DNA from: an uncultured bacterium
Lineage (GTDB): Bacteria > Eisenbacteria > RBG-16-71-46 > CAIMUX01 > WJJG01
DNA: 64,000 nt
Assembly: GCA_964417675.1 (NCBI GenBank)
Contig: CAYQJL010000282.1
Coordinates: 1,481-65,480, forward strand
Direction of reading: 5' to 3'
Part shown: positions 32,036 through 41,434 of the stretch, piece after piece
Layout: each line of letters opens with the position of its first letter
How positions within the stretch are numbered: the stretch's first letter is position 1
Translations under genes and position numbers: made by a program
Notes under the pieces: generated by a model
Told to the model about the DNA's origin: nothing
The model's input: only the letters and a program-made list of their open reading frames with translations
Database searches by the model: none

Positions 32036-35000
32036 CTATCCTTGACGCCCGCAGCATTTCTTGTACTTCTTCCCACTTCCGCAGGGACAGGGGTCGTTGC
32101 GTCCCACCTTTTCGTCGGCGCGGCGCACGGTCCCGCTGGGCGGCGGCCCCGCGGGGGCCAGGGGAGCCCCGGTCGGCCCGGCCACCATCGCGCCGGTGGC
32201 GGTGCGCCGCGGTCCCGCGGGGGCGGCGGCCGATCCCGGCGTGGCGGCGGACGCCAGGTTCTGCATGACGGTCGGGGCCGCGTGCACGGTCTGACCGGTC
32301 GGGCTCTGCGACTGCGGCTCGGGCGGCGCCTGGCCCTGTAGCTGTACCCGGAAGAGCATGCGCAAAGTTCCCTCGGAAATCCGCGCCATGAGCTCCTCGA
32401 ACAGCTTGAAGGCCTCCCCCTTGTACTCCTGGAGGGGATCCTTCTGCCCATAGGCCCGCAGGCCAATGCCCCCGCGCAACAGGTCGATCTCGTAGAGGTG
32501 ATCCTTCCAATGATCGTCGATCATGCGCAGGTAGACATGCCGCTCCACCTCCCGCGTGATCCGTTGGCCCCACAGCATCTCACGGCTGGCGTGGGCCTCC
32601 CGGGCGAGTTGCTTCCCGCGCTCGACCAGATCGGCGCCCTCGGGCAGTTGCTCGGGCATCAGGGGCAAGGGCGTCAGGAAGATCCGTTCGAGTTCGTCGA
32701 GCGCCTCGCGCAACGCCGGCGCGGCATCCTCGCCGAGCTCCATCGTCTTCGGGTCACAGTGGTTGGCCAGGATGGGCGCCAGGCGCGCCTCGACCGCTTC
32801 GTCGATCAGCCCCAGGATCTCCTGCTTCAGATCCTCCCCCTCCAGGATCTGGTTGCGAATGCCGTAGATCACCTCGCGCTGTTGATTCATCACATTGTCA
32901 TACTCAAGCAGATGCTTGCGTATTTCGAAGTTGCGCTCCTCGACCTTTTTCTGGGCCCGCTCGATGGCCTTGGTGACCATGCCGTGCTCGATCACCTCGC
33001 CATCCTGAACCCCCATGCGATCCATGAGGCCCGACATCCGCTCGGGCATGAAGAGACGCATCAGATCATCTTCCAGCGACAGGAAAAACCGGCTCGAGCC
33101 CGGATCGCCCTGCCGACCGGCCCGGCCGCGCAGCTGCCGGTCGATCCGCCGGCTGTCATGCCGCTCGGTGCCCACGATGTGAAGACCGCACGGCATCTGT
33201 GCGATGCAGACCGCCACATCATCCGGGTACTCGCAATCACCCTGGCCCCGCGGGGTGTCGATCAGGCACTGGCGCCCCTTCACGATCCCCGGCCCCAGCT
33301 TGATATCGGTGCCGCGCCCGGCCATGTTGGTGGCGATCGTCACGGCTCCTGGCCGGCCGGCCTCGCGCACGATCTCGGCCTCGCTCTGATGATATTTCGC
33401 GTTCAGAACCGAATGGTTGATCTTGCGGCGTTTGAGCATCCGGCTGATCGTCTCGGACACCTCCACCGTGACCGTACCGACCAGCACCGGCCGGCCGGCC
33501 AGGTGGACCCGCTCGATCTCGTCGACGATCGCGTTGTACTTCTCACGGCGCGTCCGGAAGACCTGGTCGTTGTAGTCCTGGCGACGAATCGGTTCGTTGG
33601 TAGGGATGACAACCACGTCAAGCTTGTAGATCTGGAAGAACTCCCCGGCCTCGGTCTCGGCAGTGCCGGTCATGCCGGAGAGCTTGGCATAGAGCCGGAA
33701 GTAGTTCTGCAGCGTGATCGTCGCCCAGGTCTGGGTCTCCCCCTCGACCCGCACCTTCTCCTTGGCCTCGAGCGCCTGATGCAAGCCCTCGCTGAAGCGC
33801 CGGCCGGGCATGAGACGGCCGGTGAACTCATCCACGATCATCACCTTGCCGTCTTGGACCACATACTCGACATCTCGTTCATACAAGCAGAAGGCACGCA
33901 ACAGCTGATTGATCGTGTGCAGTTCGTCGGACTTCTTCGCGTAGCCCAGGTGGATCGCCTCCTTGCGGGCTGCGATCTCCTTCGGATCGAGACCCTTGTC
34001 ATCCTCCACCGCCCCCATGGCGGAGGCCAGGTCCGGCAGCATGAAATAGTCCGGATCCCTCGGGGATAGATGCCCACGGCCCTTGTCCGAGAGATTGATC
34101 GAGTGCTCCTTCTCATCGATCGAGTAGTACAGGTCATCGTCAAGGACATGCAGCCGCTTGTCGCGGATGTAGTCGGATTCGATCCGATGGACCAGCGGCT
34201 TCAGGTTCCGATCGGACATCAGTTTCAGGAAGCGCTTGTGCTTCGGCGCTCCCCGCTGCACCTGCAGCAGCCGCGTCCCACCCTGGTACTCGAGGTCCGC
34301 CGCCCGACGGGAATCCGCCTCCGCCGCCTGGTCGAGCAGGGTGGTGGCCTCGTTGATCATCTGGCCGATCAGGGCGTTCTGCGCCCGCACGAGAGATTCA
34401 ACCGGGTTGCGCAGCGCATCGTAGTTCTGGTGGGAGGAGGCCACCGGTCCAGAGATGATCAGCGGGGTGCGAGCCTCGTCGATCAGGACCGAGTCGACCT
34501 CGTCGACGATCGTGAAGAAATGCCCGCGCTGAACCTGATCGGTCGAACGCACCGCCATGTTGTCACGCAGGTAGTCGAATCCGAACTCATTGTTCGTGCC
34601 GTAGGTCACGTCGCAGCCGTAGGCCGCACGCCGGGCGGCGCTGTCCAGATCATGCTGGATGCAGCCGACCGTCAGGCCCAGGTAGCGCAGGACCCCCCCC
34701 ATCCATTCGCTGTCGCGCTTGGCCAAATAGTCGTTGACCGTCACCAGGTGGCAGCCCTTGCCCGGCAGGGCGTTGAGATAGAGGGGCAGCACGGCCACCA
34801 GGGTCTTGCCCTCGCCGGTGGCCATCTCGGCGATCTTGCCCTGGTGCAACACGATGCCGCCCATCAGCTGCACATCATAGGGCACCATGTCCCAGGACAT
34901 CTCATGGCCCACCACCGTCCAGGAGCGTCCCACATTCCTCCGGCAGGCTTCCTTCACGACCGCGAAGGCCTCCGGCAGGAGCTCCTCCAGGGTGGCCCCC

Positions 35001-35188
35001 TCCGCAAGGCGTGCACGGAATTCGTCGGTCTTGGCCTTCAGGTCATCCTCAGACAGGGCCGCAAGCCCATCTTCGCAGGCGTGGATCTGATCGATGATCG
35101 GCAAGAGGGACTTCACATTGCGTTCGTATTGGGTCCCAAAGACCGTGGTAAGCGCCTTGTTGGCGGCAGCTTTCAGCTTTCCAATCAT
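32036..35188 (-). CDS. secA: Preprotein translocase SecA
   Basis: MATGEGKT, DEVDS, TNMAGRGTDI, QLRGRAGRQGD, SEC-C motif CPCGSGKKYKKCC. Confidence 0.96.
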   Translation of the reverse strand: MIGKLKAAANKALTTVFGTQYERNVKSLLPIIDQIHACEDGLAALSEDDLKAKTDEFRARLAEGATLEELLPEAFAVVKEACRRNVGRSWTVVGHEMSWDMVPYDVQLMGGIVLHQGKIAEMATGEGKTLVAVLPLYLNALPGKGCHLVTVNDYLAKRDSEWMGGVLRYLGLTVGCIQHDLDSAARRAAYGCDVTYGTNNEFGFDYLRDNMAVRSTDQVQRGHFFTIVDEVDSVLIDEARTPLIISGPVASSHQNYDALRNPVESLVRAQNALIGQMINEATTLLDQAAEADSRRAADLEYQGGTRLLQVQRGAPKHKRFLKLMSDRNLKPLVHRIESDYIRDKRLHVLDDDLYYSIDEKEHSINLSDKGRGHLSPRDPDYFMLPDLASAMGAVEDDKGLDPKEIAARKEAIHLGYAKKSDELHTINQLLRAFCLYERDVEYVVQDGKVMIVDEFTGRLMPGRRFSEGLHQALEAKEKVRVEGETQTWATITLQNYFRLYAKLSGMTGTAETEAGEFFQIYKLDVVVIPTNEPIRRQDYNDQVFRTRREKYNAIVDEIERVHLAGRPVLVGTVTVEVSETISRMLKRRKINHSVLNAKYHQSEAEIVREAGRPGAVTIATNMAGRGTDIKLGPGIVKGRQCLIDTPRGQGDCEYPDDVAVCIAQMPCGLHIVGTERHDSRRIDRQLRGRAGRQGDPGSSRFFLSLEDDLMRLFMPERMSGLMDRMGVQDGEVIEHGMVTKAIERAQKKVEERNFEIRKHLLEYDNVMNQQREVIYGIRNQILEGEDLKQEILGLIDEAVEARLAPILANHCDPKTMELGEDAAPALREALDELERIFLTPLPLMPEQLPEGADLVERGKQLAREAHASREMLWGQRITREVERHVYLRMIDDHWKDHLYEIDLLRGGIGLRAYGQKDPLQEYKGEAFKLFEELMARISEGTLRMLFRVQLQGQAPPEPQSQSPTGQTVHAAPTVMQNLASAATPGSAAAPAGPRRTATGAMVAGPTGAPLAPAGPPPSGTVRRADEKVGRNDPCPCGSGKKYKKCCGRQG

Positions 35189-35252
35189 AGGACCTTCTAT
35201 CGTTGCGCGAGACGTCGTGCTTCCCGCCGTTCTCCGGAGCCAAGCGCTCGCC

Positions 35253-35282
35253 ACGCTAGCAAACAGACGGCGGCCTGTTCAA
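35253..35282 (-). promoter_or_regulatory. Putative sigma-70 promoter of secA
   Basis: TTGAAC-N18-TAGCGT with extended TG. Confidence 0.5.
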
Positions 35283-35317
35283 GGGCTTTGCCCCCCCCGG
35301 CGCCTCGCCGCGGGGGT

Positions 35318-35884
35318 CTAGCCGAGCAGCGTCATCGTGAAACCAGCCGCCACAGGGATTCGCAGATTGTCATCCAGGGGCACCGGCAGCAGCTCGACGA
35401 TCGTCGCCATGGCCGCCCCCGCCAACGTCTGAACGAGGGTCAGCTCGGGAATCAGCCAACCCGCGGCCAGGCACACGGCGAAGCAAGCCAGACTCCCCTC
35501 CAACGTCTTGTCAAAGATCCTGATCCGCCCGATCCACTTGCCGATCAGGGCGGCGCTCGTATCGCCCGCAATCAGGAAGGTGAGCGCCGCCACGGCCACC
35601 GGCTTGGGGAAGGCATACACGCAGATCAGGCTCGAGAGCAGCAGGTACGTGGAGCCCAGCAGGTTGAATCGTTCGTGGTCTCGCACCAGCCGGCCAAAGA
35701 AGATGTAGAAGAATGTCCGTACCCGGGGTTGGTTGAGCCGGAACAGGTCGACGATGAAGGTGACGACCGTCAGCACGAGCAAGATCAGCCGCCCCTCGGA
35801 CAGAGGCAGAATGTACAATCCTATCGGGATGGCGATCGCACAGAGATGGACCGCCTTGCGCCCCATCTCACCATACCACCTCAT
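35318..35884 (-). CDS. CTP-dependent polyprenol (dolichol/phytol) kinase-like membrane protein
   Basis: RKAVH, GDTSAALIG, KTLEGS, DDNL motifs; several TM segments. Confidence 0.8.
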   Translation of the reverse strand: MRWYGEMGRKAVHLCAIAIPIGLYILPLSEGRLILLVLTVVTFIVDLFRLNQPRVRTFFYIFFGRLVRDHERFNLLGSTYLLLSSLICVYAFPKPVAVAALTFLIAGDTSAALIGKWIGRIRIFDKTLEGSLACFAVCLAAGWLIPELTLVQTLAGAAMATIVELLPVPLDDNLRIPVAAGFTMTLLG

Positions 35885-35958
35885 GCTTCCTTCTTTCCCC
35901 TTCAGCGGGTTGCCAACCGACCCGATCACCCGAACAGTGCCCAATCCCTGCACGCAGG

Positions 35959-38715
35959 TCAACCGGCGCGGTCTGCTCCGGCTTCCTTTTCCCCGCCCGC
36001 GCCTTCCGGCCGGTCTGCGCCATCCGGCCGGTCTGCGCCTTCCGGCCGGTCTGCGCCTTCCGGCCGGTCTGCGCCATCCGGCCGGCCCGCGTCATCCGGT
36101 CGACCCGCTCCATCCGGCCGGTCTGCATCGCGAACAGTGCTGGCATCCTCCATCCAACAGCGTTGGTAACTCCAGTAGTGCGCCAGGACGCTCTTGACGA
36201 AATGGCGCGTCTCCGAGAAGCTGATTCGCTCGATGTAGGCATCCCAGCCCGACATCGCCGGCGAGGCCGACGGAGGGAGCGCCCATCGCACGGCATGCTC
36301 CCATCCGGCATTGTATGCGGCCAGGGCCATGGGCACATGCCCTCCGGATCGGTCGAGCAACTCGCGCAGGTGGGCGGTCCCCAGACGGATGTTGTCCGCC
36401 GGCCGCTCCAGATCATACTCCGCCAGGCCCAAGAAGCCGGCGAGTCGGCGGGCAGTGCCCGGCATCAATTGCATCAGTCCCACCGCTCCGGCCGGCGAGC
36501 GGCCGGTGGGATCGAGCAGCGACTCCTGCCGCATCACCGCCAACACGAAGAGCGGCGAGAGCCTCTCGCGATCGGCCGCCTCGCGGACAGCGCTGATGAA
36601 CCCCAGGGGATATCGCTCGGCCGGCAGGTCCCCGAGTCGGAGCCCCATCAAGATGGAACGCGGATAGTCCGCCAGGCCGCGGTACAGCGCTGCTCGCTCT
36701 CGATCGCTGAGCGCATGATACCCGGGCAGCGTCTGCCACAGCGATCGGGCCCAGGTTCGATACCCATAGGCTCGCAAGAGCATGCCGGCCTCGGCCAGCG
36801 GCTGGCCATCGATCAGATCCACGATGCGCACCTGTTCTGCCGTGCTCTGCAGGAGCCCGGTCGGCGCCGGCCAGGCGGTCCCGGCGGGCGTCTGAATGCG
36901 CCGGCTCAGATCGGCCCAGAACAAGGAGTCACCGACAGGTTCCGGCGGCCAGAAGCCGTGTCGAAGCGCTTCCGCCGAACGCAGCGCGTGGAAGCCCGGG
37001 CGAAACTCCCCGGCCGCCCGCTCCGCGAGGGAACGGTCGGCCCGCGCTCCCTGAAGCCGTGTGAGCCAGAAGCAGGGGCTGCCCACGAATCGCTCGGAGG
37101 CCTGGGCGCACAGCGTGTCGAAGGCCGCGGCCGCCCCCGCATCGTCGCCCGCCGATAAGCGGCAGAGGGCCGCCCGCAGTCGCGCCTCGCGTGCCTGAGC
37201 ATGTTCCGGATAGGACTCGGCCAGGCGCGTGAAGGCCACCTCGGCCTGCTCCCAGCGGCCGACATCCTCCAGTTCGCGGCCAAGCTCCCACAGGGCCGCG
37301 GTCGCGTAGCCAGCCTCCCAAGCGCGGTCGTGACCGCCGGAGACCGACCCCGGCCCGGCTCCGGGCCGGCGCCCCTGCGCGGCATCGCCGGCAGCCCAAC
37401 CGCTGGCAGCCTGCCACGCCTCAATCAGAGCCTCCGTATCGCCCCTGCGGCGATGCACCCGGCCGGCCGTAAGCTCGGCCTTCTGCCACAAGGATCCGGC
37501 CGAGCCACCGGCCAGATCCGCACACAACGCCAGAAGAAGGTCATCCTCCCCCGCAGCGTAGAGGCGGTCCAGGAGCGCCGCACCGATCCTCATACTATCG
37601 GCCCCGGACAGGCGGGACGCGTACGCACTCCAATGGCGCCATGCCTCCCGACCCTCCCCATGCCGCACGAGGCTGAGGAGACAGGCCGCCAGCAACGGGT
37701 CGTCAAGCGCATCCGGCGCGCCCAGCAAGCACCGCGCCTGCTCGCCCCGCAACCCGGCCTCCTCCCCGAAGACAGCGCCCGCCACCGAGGCGGCTCGAAA
37801 CGCGTCCACGAACGCATCCTGGTGCCCGGCCCGGCGAGCCCGCTCTGCCAAGAGCGTCAGACCGCGGGCACCCAGCGACGAACCCCGCCCAACGTCCGTG
37901 ATCCACTGATCGAACATGGCCACATCCGCCGGGGTGGCCGGTGCCTCCACCAACCGCCGTCCGGCGCGCAGGGCAAACAGGTCCCGAAAGCGGTGACGGC
38001 CCGCCCCGCGCCACAGAGCCAGTGCTTCGTCCCCGGCCCGCGCAGGGTCGCTTTTCTCGAGAGAGCGGATGCGAAGCCAATCGGCATAGGGTTGCAGCAG
38101 GGGTGGAACCGGCCCGGAGAATCCCTCGGCGGCATCCTCATAGCGCTGAGCCTCGTGGGCCGCCAACGCCAGCCAGAAGGATACCTCCCCTTGCGCATCC
38201 CAGGCCGGACCTCGCTCGGCCCACCTGTCCAGCAGGCACGCTTCAATGCAGGGATGGCGTTCGCGGATCAGCGCCAGCACCGCGCCACGCAGGGCAGCTG
38301 CCGCGGGAGTCGCGCGCGGCAGCGAATCGCAGATAGCCGCAGCAACCTGATCGAGAAGGCTCCGGTACGCCGTTTCCGCACGCTCCAACCGGGCCGGATC
38401 CTGAGCCACGCGGGAGAGACGCAGCTCACGCTGCGCCCCACGAAGAGATTCGGCCGCACCCACCATACCGGGGCGCGCCATGGCGCCCGGCCCCAGGTAG
38501 GGCATGCAGACCATCAGCCCAAACAGGAGTACGGCCCAGACCCCCCAGCGCCCCCGAACCGGACACCGGGCGGCCCTTCCGCCGGCGCGCGGGTTCCGCG
38601 GCCGGCACCGGCTCGTTCGCCTGGCACCCACGTGCATGCTGCCCGTACCCAAGATGACTCTCCAGATGCTACCGGTACCCGTCGCAGCTGTCGCGGCCTG
38701 CGGCCCTACACGCAT
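35959..38715 (-). CDS. Slt-type lytic transglycosylase with long helical/TPR N-terminus
   Basis: VMRQES, AVGLMQL, AAYNAG, ETRHFV. Start uncertain (38715 or 38637). Confidence 0.78.
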   Translation of the reverse strand: MRVGPQAATAATGTGSIWRVILGTGSMHVGARRTSRCRPRNPRAGGRAARCPVRGRWGVWAVLLFGLMVCMPYLGPGAMARPGMVGAAESLRGAQRELRLSRVAQDPARLERAETAYRSLLDQVAAAICDSLPRATPAAAALRGAVLALIRERHPCIEACLLDRWAERGPAWDAQGEVSFWLALAAHEAQRYEDAAEGFSGPVPPLLQPYADWLRIRSLEKSDPARAGDEALALWRGAGRHRFRDLFALRAGRRLVEAPATPADVAMFDQWITDVGRGSSLGARGLTLLAERARRAGHQDAFVDAFRAASVAGAVFGEEAGLRGEQARCLLGAPDALDDPLLAACLLSLVRHGEGREAWRHWSAYASRLSGADSMRIGAALLDRLYAAGEDDLLLALCADLAGGSAGSLWQKAELTAGRVHRRRGDTEALIEAWQAASGWAAGDAAQGRRPGAGPGSVSGGHDRAWEAGYATAALWELGRELEDVGRWEQAEVAFTRLAESYPEHAQAREARLRAALCRLSAGDDAGAAAAFDTLCAQASERFVGSPCFWLTRLQGARADRSLAERAAGEFRPGFHALRSAEALRHGFWPPEPVGDSLFWADLSRRIQTPAGTAWPAPTGLLQSTAEQVRIVDLIDGQPLAEAGMLLRAYGYRTWARSLWQTLPGYHALSDRERAALYRGLADYPRSILMGLRLGDLPAERYPLGFISAVREAADRERLSPLFVLAVMRQESLLDPTGRSPAGAVGLMQLMPGTARRLAGFLGLAEYDLERPADNIRLGTAHLRELLDRSGGHVPMALAAYNAGWEHAVRWALPPSASPAMSGWDAYIERISFSETRHFVKSVLAHYWSYQRCWMEDASTVRDADRPDGAGRPDDAGRPDGADRPEGADRPEGADRPDGADRPEGAGGEKEAGADRAG
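36002..36127. repeat. 18-bp tandem repeat x7 encoding A(D/G)RP(D/E)(G/D) in the Slt tail
   Basis: cc(t/a)tccggccggtctgcg units; copies 5 and 6 are diverged. Confidence 0.92.
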
Positions 38716-38743
38716 CGCGGCTCGGCCGGCTCCCCCGGATGCG

Positions 38744-40318
38744 TCAATGCATGAATACCCGGGTCCCGGTGAAGTACATCGCCAACCCGCGCTCATTGCA
38801 GGCCGCGATGCTGTCTTCATCGCGAAGGGAACCGCCCGGTTGGACGATCGCCAGGACCCCCACCTCGGCCGCTCGGTCGACCACGTCACGGAATGGGAAG
38901 AAGGCGTCGCTGGCCAACACCGCGCCGCGCGTATCGAACCCGCAGCGGCGTGCCTTCAGCAGCGCTACCTCCAACGCATCGATCCGGCTCGTCTGTCCAC
39001 CACCCAGACCCATGGACTGCCGGTCGCGTGTCAGAACAATCGCATTGGAGCGTACATGGCGGCACACGCGCCATGCAAACTCCAGTTCCCCCAGCATGGG
39101 CTCCGCGGCCTGCGCGGCGGTCACGCAGGACCACCCGGCCGTTCCCGGATGCGGCGGCATGGGACTCTGTACGAGCACCGCCTCTCCTATGGACTTGTAG
39201 CTCCAGGCCGCCGCAGCCGCGCTTGCGGAAGCGGGCGCGAGCGCCGGCAGCTTCAGGATTCTCAGGTTCTTCTTCTTCTCCAGCGCCGCCCGGGCTTCCG
39301 GCGGCCAACCCGGGGCTCCCACGACTTCGAGAAACATCCCGGCCATCTCCCGACCCACATCATCATCGGCCGGTCGATTCAACAGCACGACACCCCCAAA
39401 GGCCGAGAGCGCATCGCCATCGCGCGCCCTGCGGAACGCCTCACCGACAGTCGACCCCAGCGCCACCCCACAGGGGCTGGCATGCTTGACAATCACGCAG
39501 GCCGCCCGGTCCGTCGCCGCCCCTGTCACCGCGAACTCCTGCAAGCAGTTCCATGCGGCCCACAGATCCGCGAGGTTGTTGTAGGACAACTCCTTGCCCT
39601 GAAGCTGCGCGCATCGGGACCAGAAGCCGTCCCCGGTCAGGAAGCACGCCGCCTGCTGGTTCGGATTCTCACCGTAGCGCAGCGCTTGCCGTTGCTCCCC
39701 GCCGGTGGCCCAGAAGCGCGGCAACCGCTCCTGCTCATAAAGATATCGGAAGATGGCTGCATCGTAGGCTCCCGTCTGGGAGAACACCTCCGCGGCCAGT
39801 TCGGCAGCCATGGCGCGCGGCACCGTCCCGCCGCCATCCCTCAATGCCCTGGCCACGCCGTCATACTGCGCGGGCTGACTCACGATGACCACATGCGCGC
39901 AATTCTTCGCCGCGGCCCGCAACATCGCGGGTCCACCGATATCGATCATCTCCACGCAGGCGGCGCGATCAGCGCCCTTCTCCCGCACGGTCTCGCCGAA
40001 AGGGTACAGATTGACGCAGAGAAGGTCGATCGGAGCGATCTCGTGCTCGGCGGCTTGGAGCAGGTCCGCGGGCCGGTCACGACGCATGAGCAGTCCGCCA
40101 TGCACCTGCGGCGTCAGAGTCTTGACCCGCCCCTCGAACAGGTCTCCGAAACGCGTCAATGATTCGAGGGGCGTCACCGGCACTCCGGCCTCCGCGAGGG
40201 CACGGGCCGTGCCTCCCGTCGAGAGAATCTCGATCCCCAACTCCACGAGGGTCTGCGCGAAGGGAACGACACCGGCCTTGTCATACACGGAAAGCAATGC
40301 GCGCTTGACTGTGATCAC
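38744..40318 (-). CDS. purH: Bifunctional AICAR transformylase / IMP cyclohydrolase
   Basis: ALLSVYDK, STGGT, IDIGGP, LRYGENP, LSYNN, ASDAFFPF, QPGGS. Confidence 0.94.
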   Translation of the reverse strand: MITVKRALLSVYDKAGVVPFAQTLVELGIEILSTGGTARALAEAGVPVTPLESLTRFGDLFEGRVKTLTPQVHGGLLMRRDRPADLLQAAEHEIAPIDLLCVNLYPFGETVREKGADRAACVEMIDIGGPAMLRAAAKNCAHVVIVSQPAQYDGVARALRDGGGTVPRAMAAELAAEVFSQTGAYDAAIFRYLYEQERLPRFWATGGEQRQALRYGENPNQQAACFLTGDGFWSRCAQLQGKELSYNNLADLWAAWNCLQEFAVTGAATDRAACVIVKHASPCGVALGSTVGEAFRRARDGDALSAFGGVVLLNRPADDDVGREMAGMFLEVVGAPGWPPEARAALEKKKNLRILKLPALAPASASAAAAAWSYKSIGEAVLVQSPMPPHPGTAGWSCVTAAQAAEPMLGELEFAWRVCRHVRSNAIVLTRDRQSMGLGGGQTSRIDALEVALLKARRCGFDTRGAVLASDAFFPFRDVVDRAAEVGVLAIVQPGGSLRDEDSIAACNERGLAMYFTGTRVFMH

Positions 40319-40387
40319 ACTTCCTCCTCCCTGAGGTTCAGCTGGCGCTCCCGAGCGATCGGCGGCCTTGGATCGGGACCGGCCCGG

Positions 40388-41323
40388 TTACCATCCGGGC
40401 CGGTCGCTCCCGGATACGAGCAGGCGCTCGGCCAGTTGATACCGCTGGCTGGTCTTCTCAATGATCTCATCCGGTAGCTGCGGCGCAGGCGAATTCCGAT
40501 CCCACTCGGTTGCGAGCAGATAGTCACGCAGGAACTGCTTGTCCAGGCTGACGGGCTTGCGGCCCCGCCCGACCGATTCGGCCGGCCAGAATCGGGATGA
40601 GTCCGGCGTCAGCACCTCATCGATCACCGTCAGCTGGCCGTCGATGATGCCGAACTCGAACTTCGTGTCGGCGATCACGATCCCGCGTCTCTGTGCATAG
40701 GCTGAGCCGCGGGCGTAGATCTCCAGGCTCGCCCGCCGGAGGGCCGCGGCCAGTTCGCTGCCGACCTGGGTGCTCATCTCCTCGTAGGTCATCGGCTCAT
40801 CATGGCCTTCGTCCGCTTTGGTCGTGGGCGTAAAAATCGGTTCGGGCAGCCGCTCGTACTCCTTCAGTCCATCCGGAAGACGAATCCCGTTGATCTGCCC
40901 GCTCTTCTGATAGAGACCGTAGCCCGAACCGGCCAGGTATCCGCGCACGATGCATTCGACATCAATGCGCTTCGCCTTCTTGACCAGCATGGCCCGGCCA
41001 TTGAGCTGGGCGGCATGGGACTTCAGCTCGCCGGGAAACTCGGCGGCCTCATTGGTGACGAAGTGCGTCGGGATCATCCCCTCCAATCCACGGAACCAGA
41101 AGGCCGCGATCCGGCCCAACACGCGGCCGCGCCCGGGAATCGGATTGGGCATGACATAGTCGAACGCAGAGATCCGATCGGTGGCGACCAGCAGGAGATG
41201 GTCGCCGAGGTCAAGGATTTCGCGGACCTTCCCGCTGAAGTCCGGCTTCAGACCCAGAGACTCCAGACCCACAAAAGCCTCTTCCGAGCCAGACGGGGGC
41301 CCGGAGGGAACGTGCTGCTGCAT
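40388..41323 (-). CDS. purC: SAICAR synthetase
   Basis: GKVRE, TDRISAFD, ECIVRGYL, ADTKFEFG, DEVLTPDSSRFW. Confidence 0.94.
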   Translation of the reverse strand: MQQHVPSGPPSGSEEAFVGLESLGLKPDFSGKVREILDLGDHLLLVATDRISAFDYVMPNPIPGRGRVLGRIAAFWFRGLEGMIPTHFVTNEAAEFPGELKSHAAQLNGRAMLVKKAKRIDVECIVRGYLAGSGYGLYQKSGQINGIRLPDGLKEYERLPEPIFTPTTKADEGHDEPMTYEEMSTQVGSELAAALRRASLEIYARGSAYAQRRGIVIADTKFEFGIIDGQLTVIDEVLTPDSSRFWPAESVGRGRKPVSLDKQFLRDYLLATEWDRNSPAPQLPDEIIEKTSQRYQLAERLLVSGSDRPGW

Positions 41324-41405
41324 CGAATTCTCCCGTTTGTCCAGGTGCTGTGACCGATGACCGTAGCCGCCCGTGGAAAGAAGCGGCCGGGCAGTCAAAA
41401 GAACC

Positions 41406-41434
41406 TTTATAGCACGCCGTCGGGCCACCCTCAA
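41406..41434 (-). promoter_or_regulatory. Putative sigma-70 promoter of purC-purH
   Basis: TTGAGG-N17-TATAAA with extended TG; the -35 box overlaps the comEC stop. Confidence 0.55.

Noticed and set aside
36002-36127. Tandem arrays here and at 5314-5347 considered as CRISPR
   Set aside because: The units abut with no unique spacers, and there are no cas genes.
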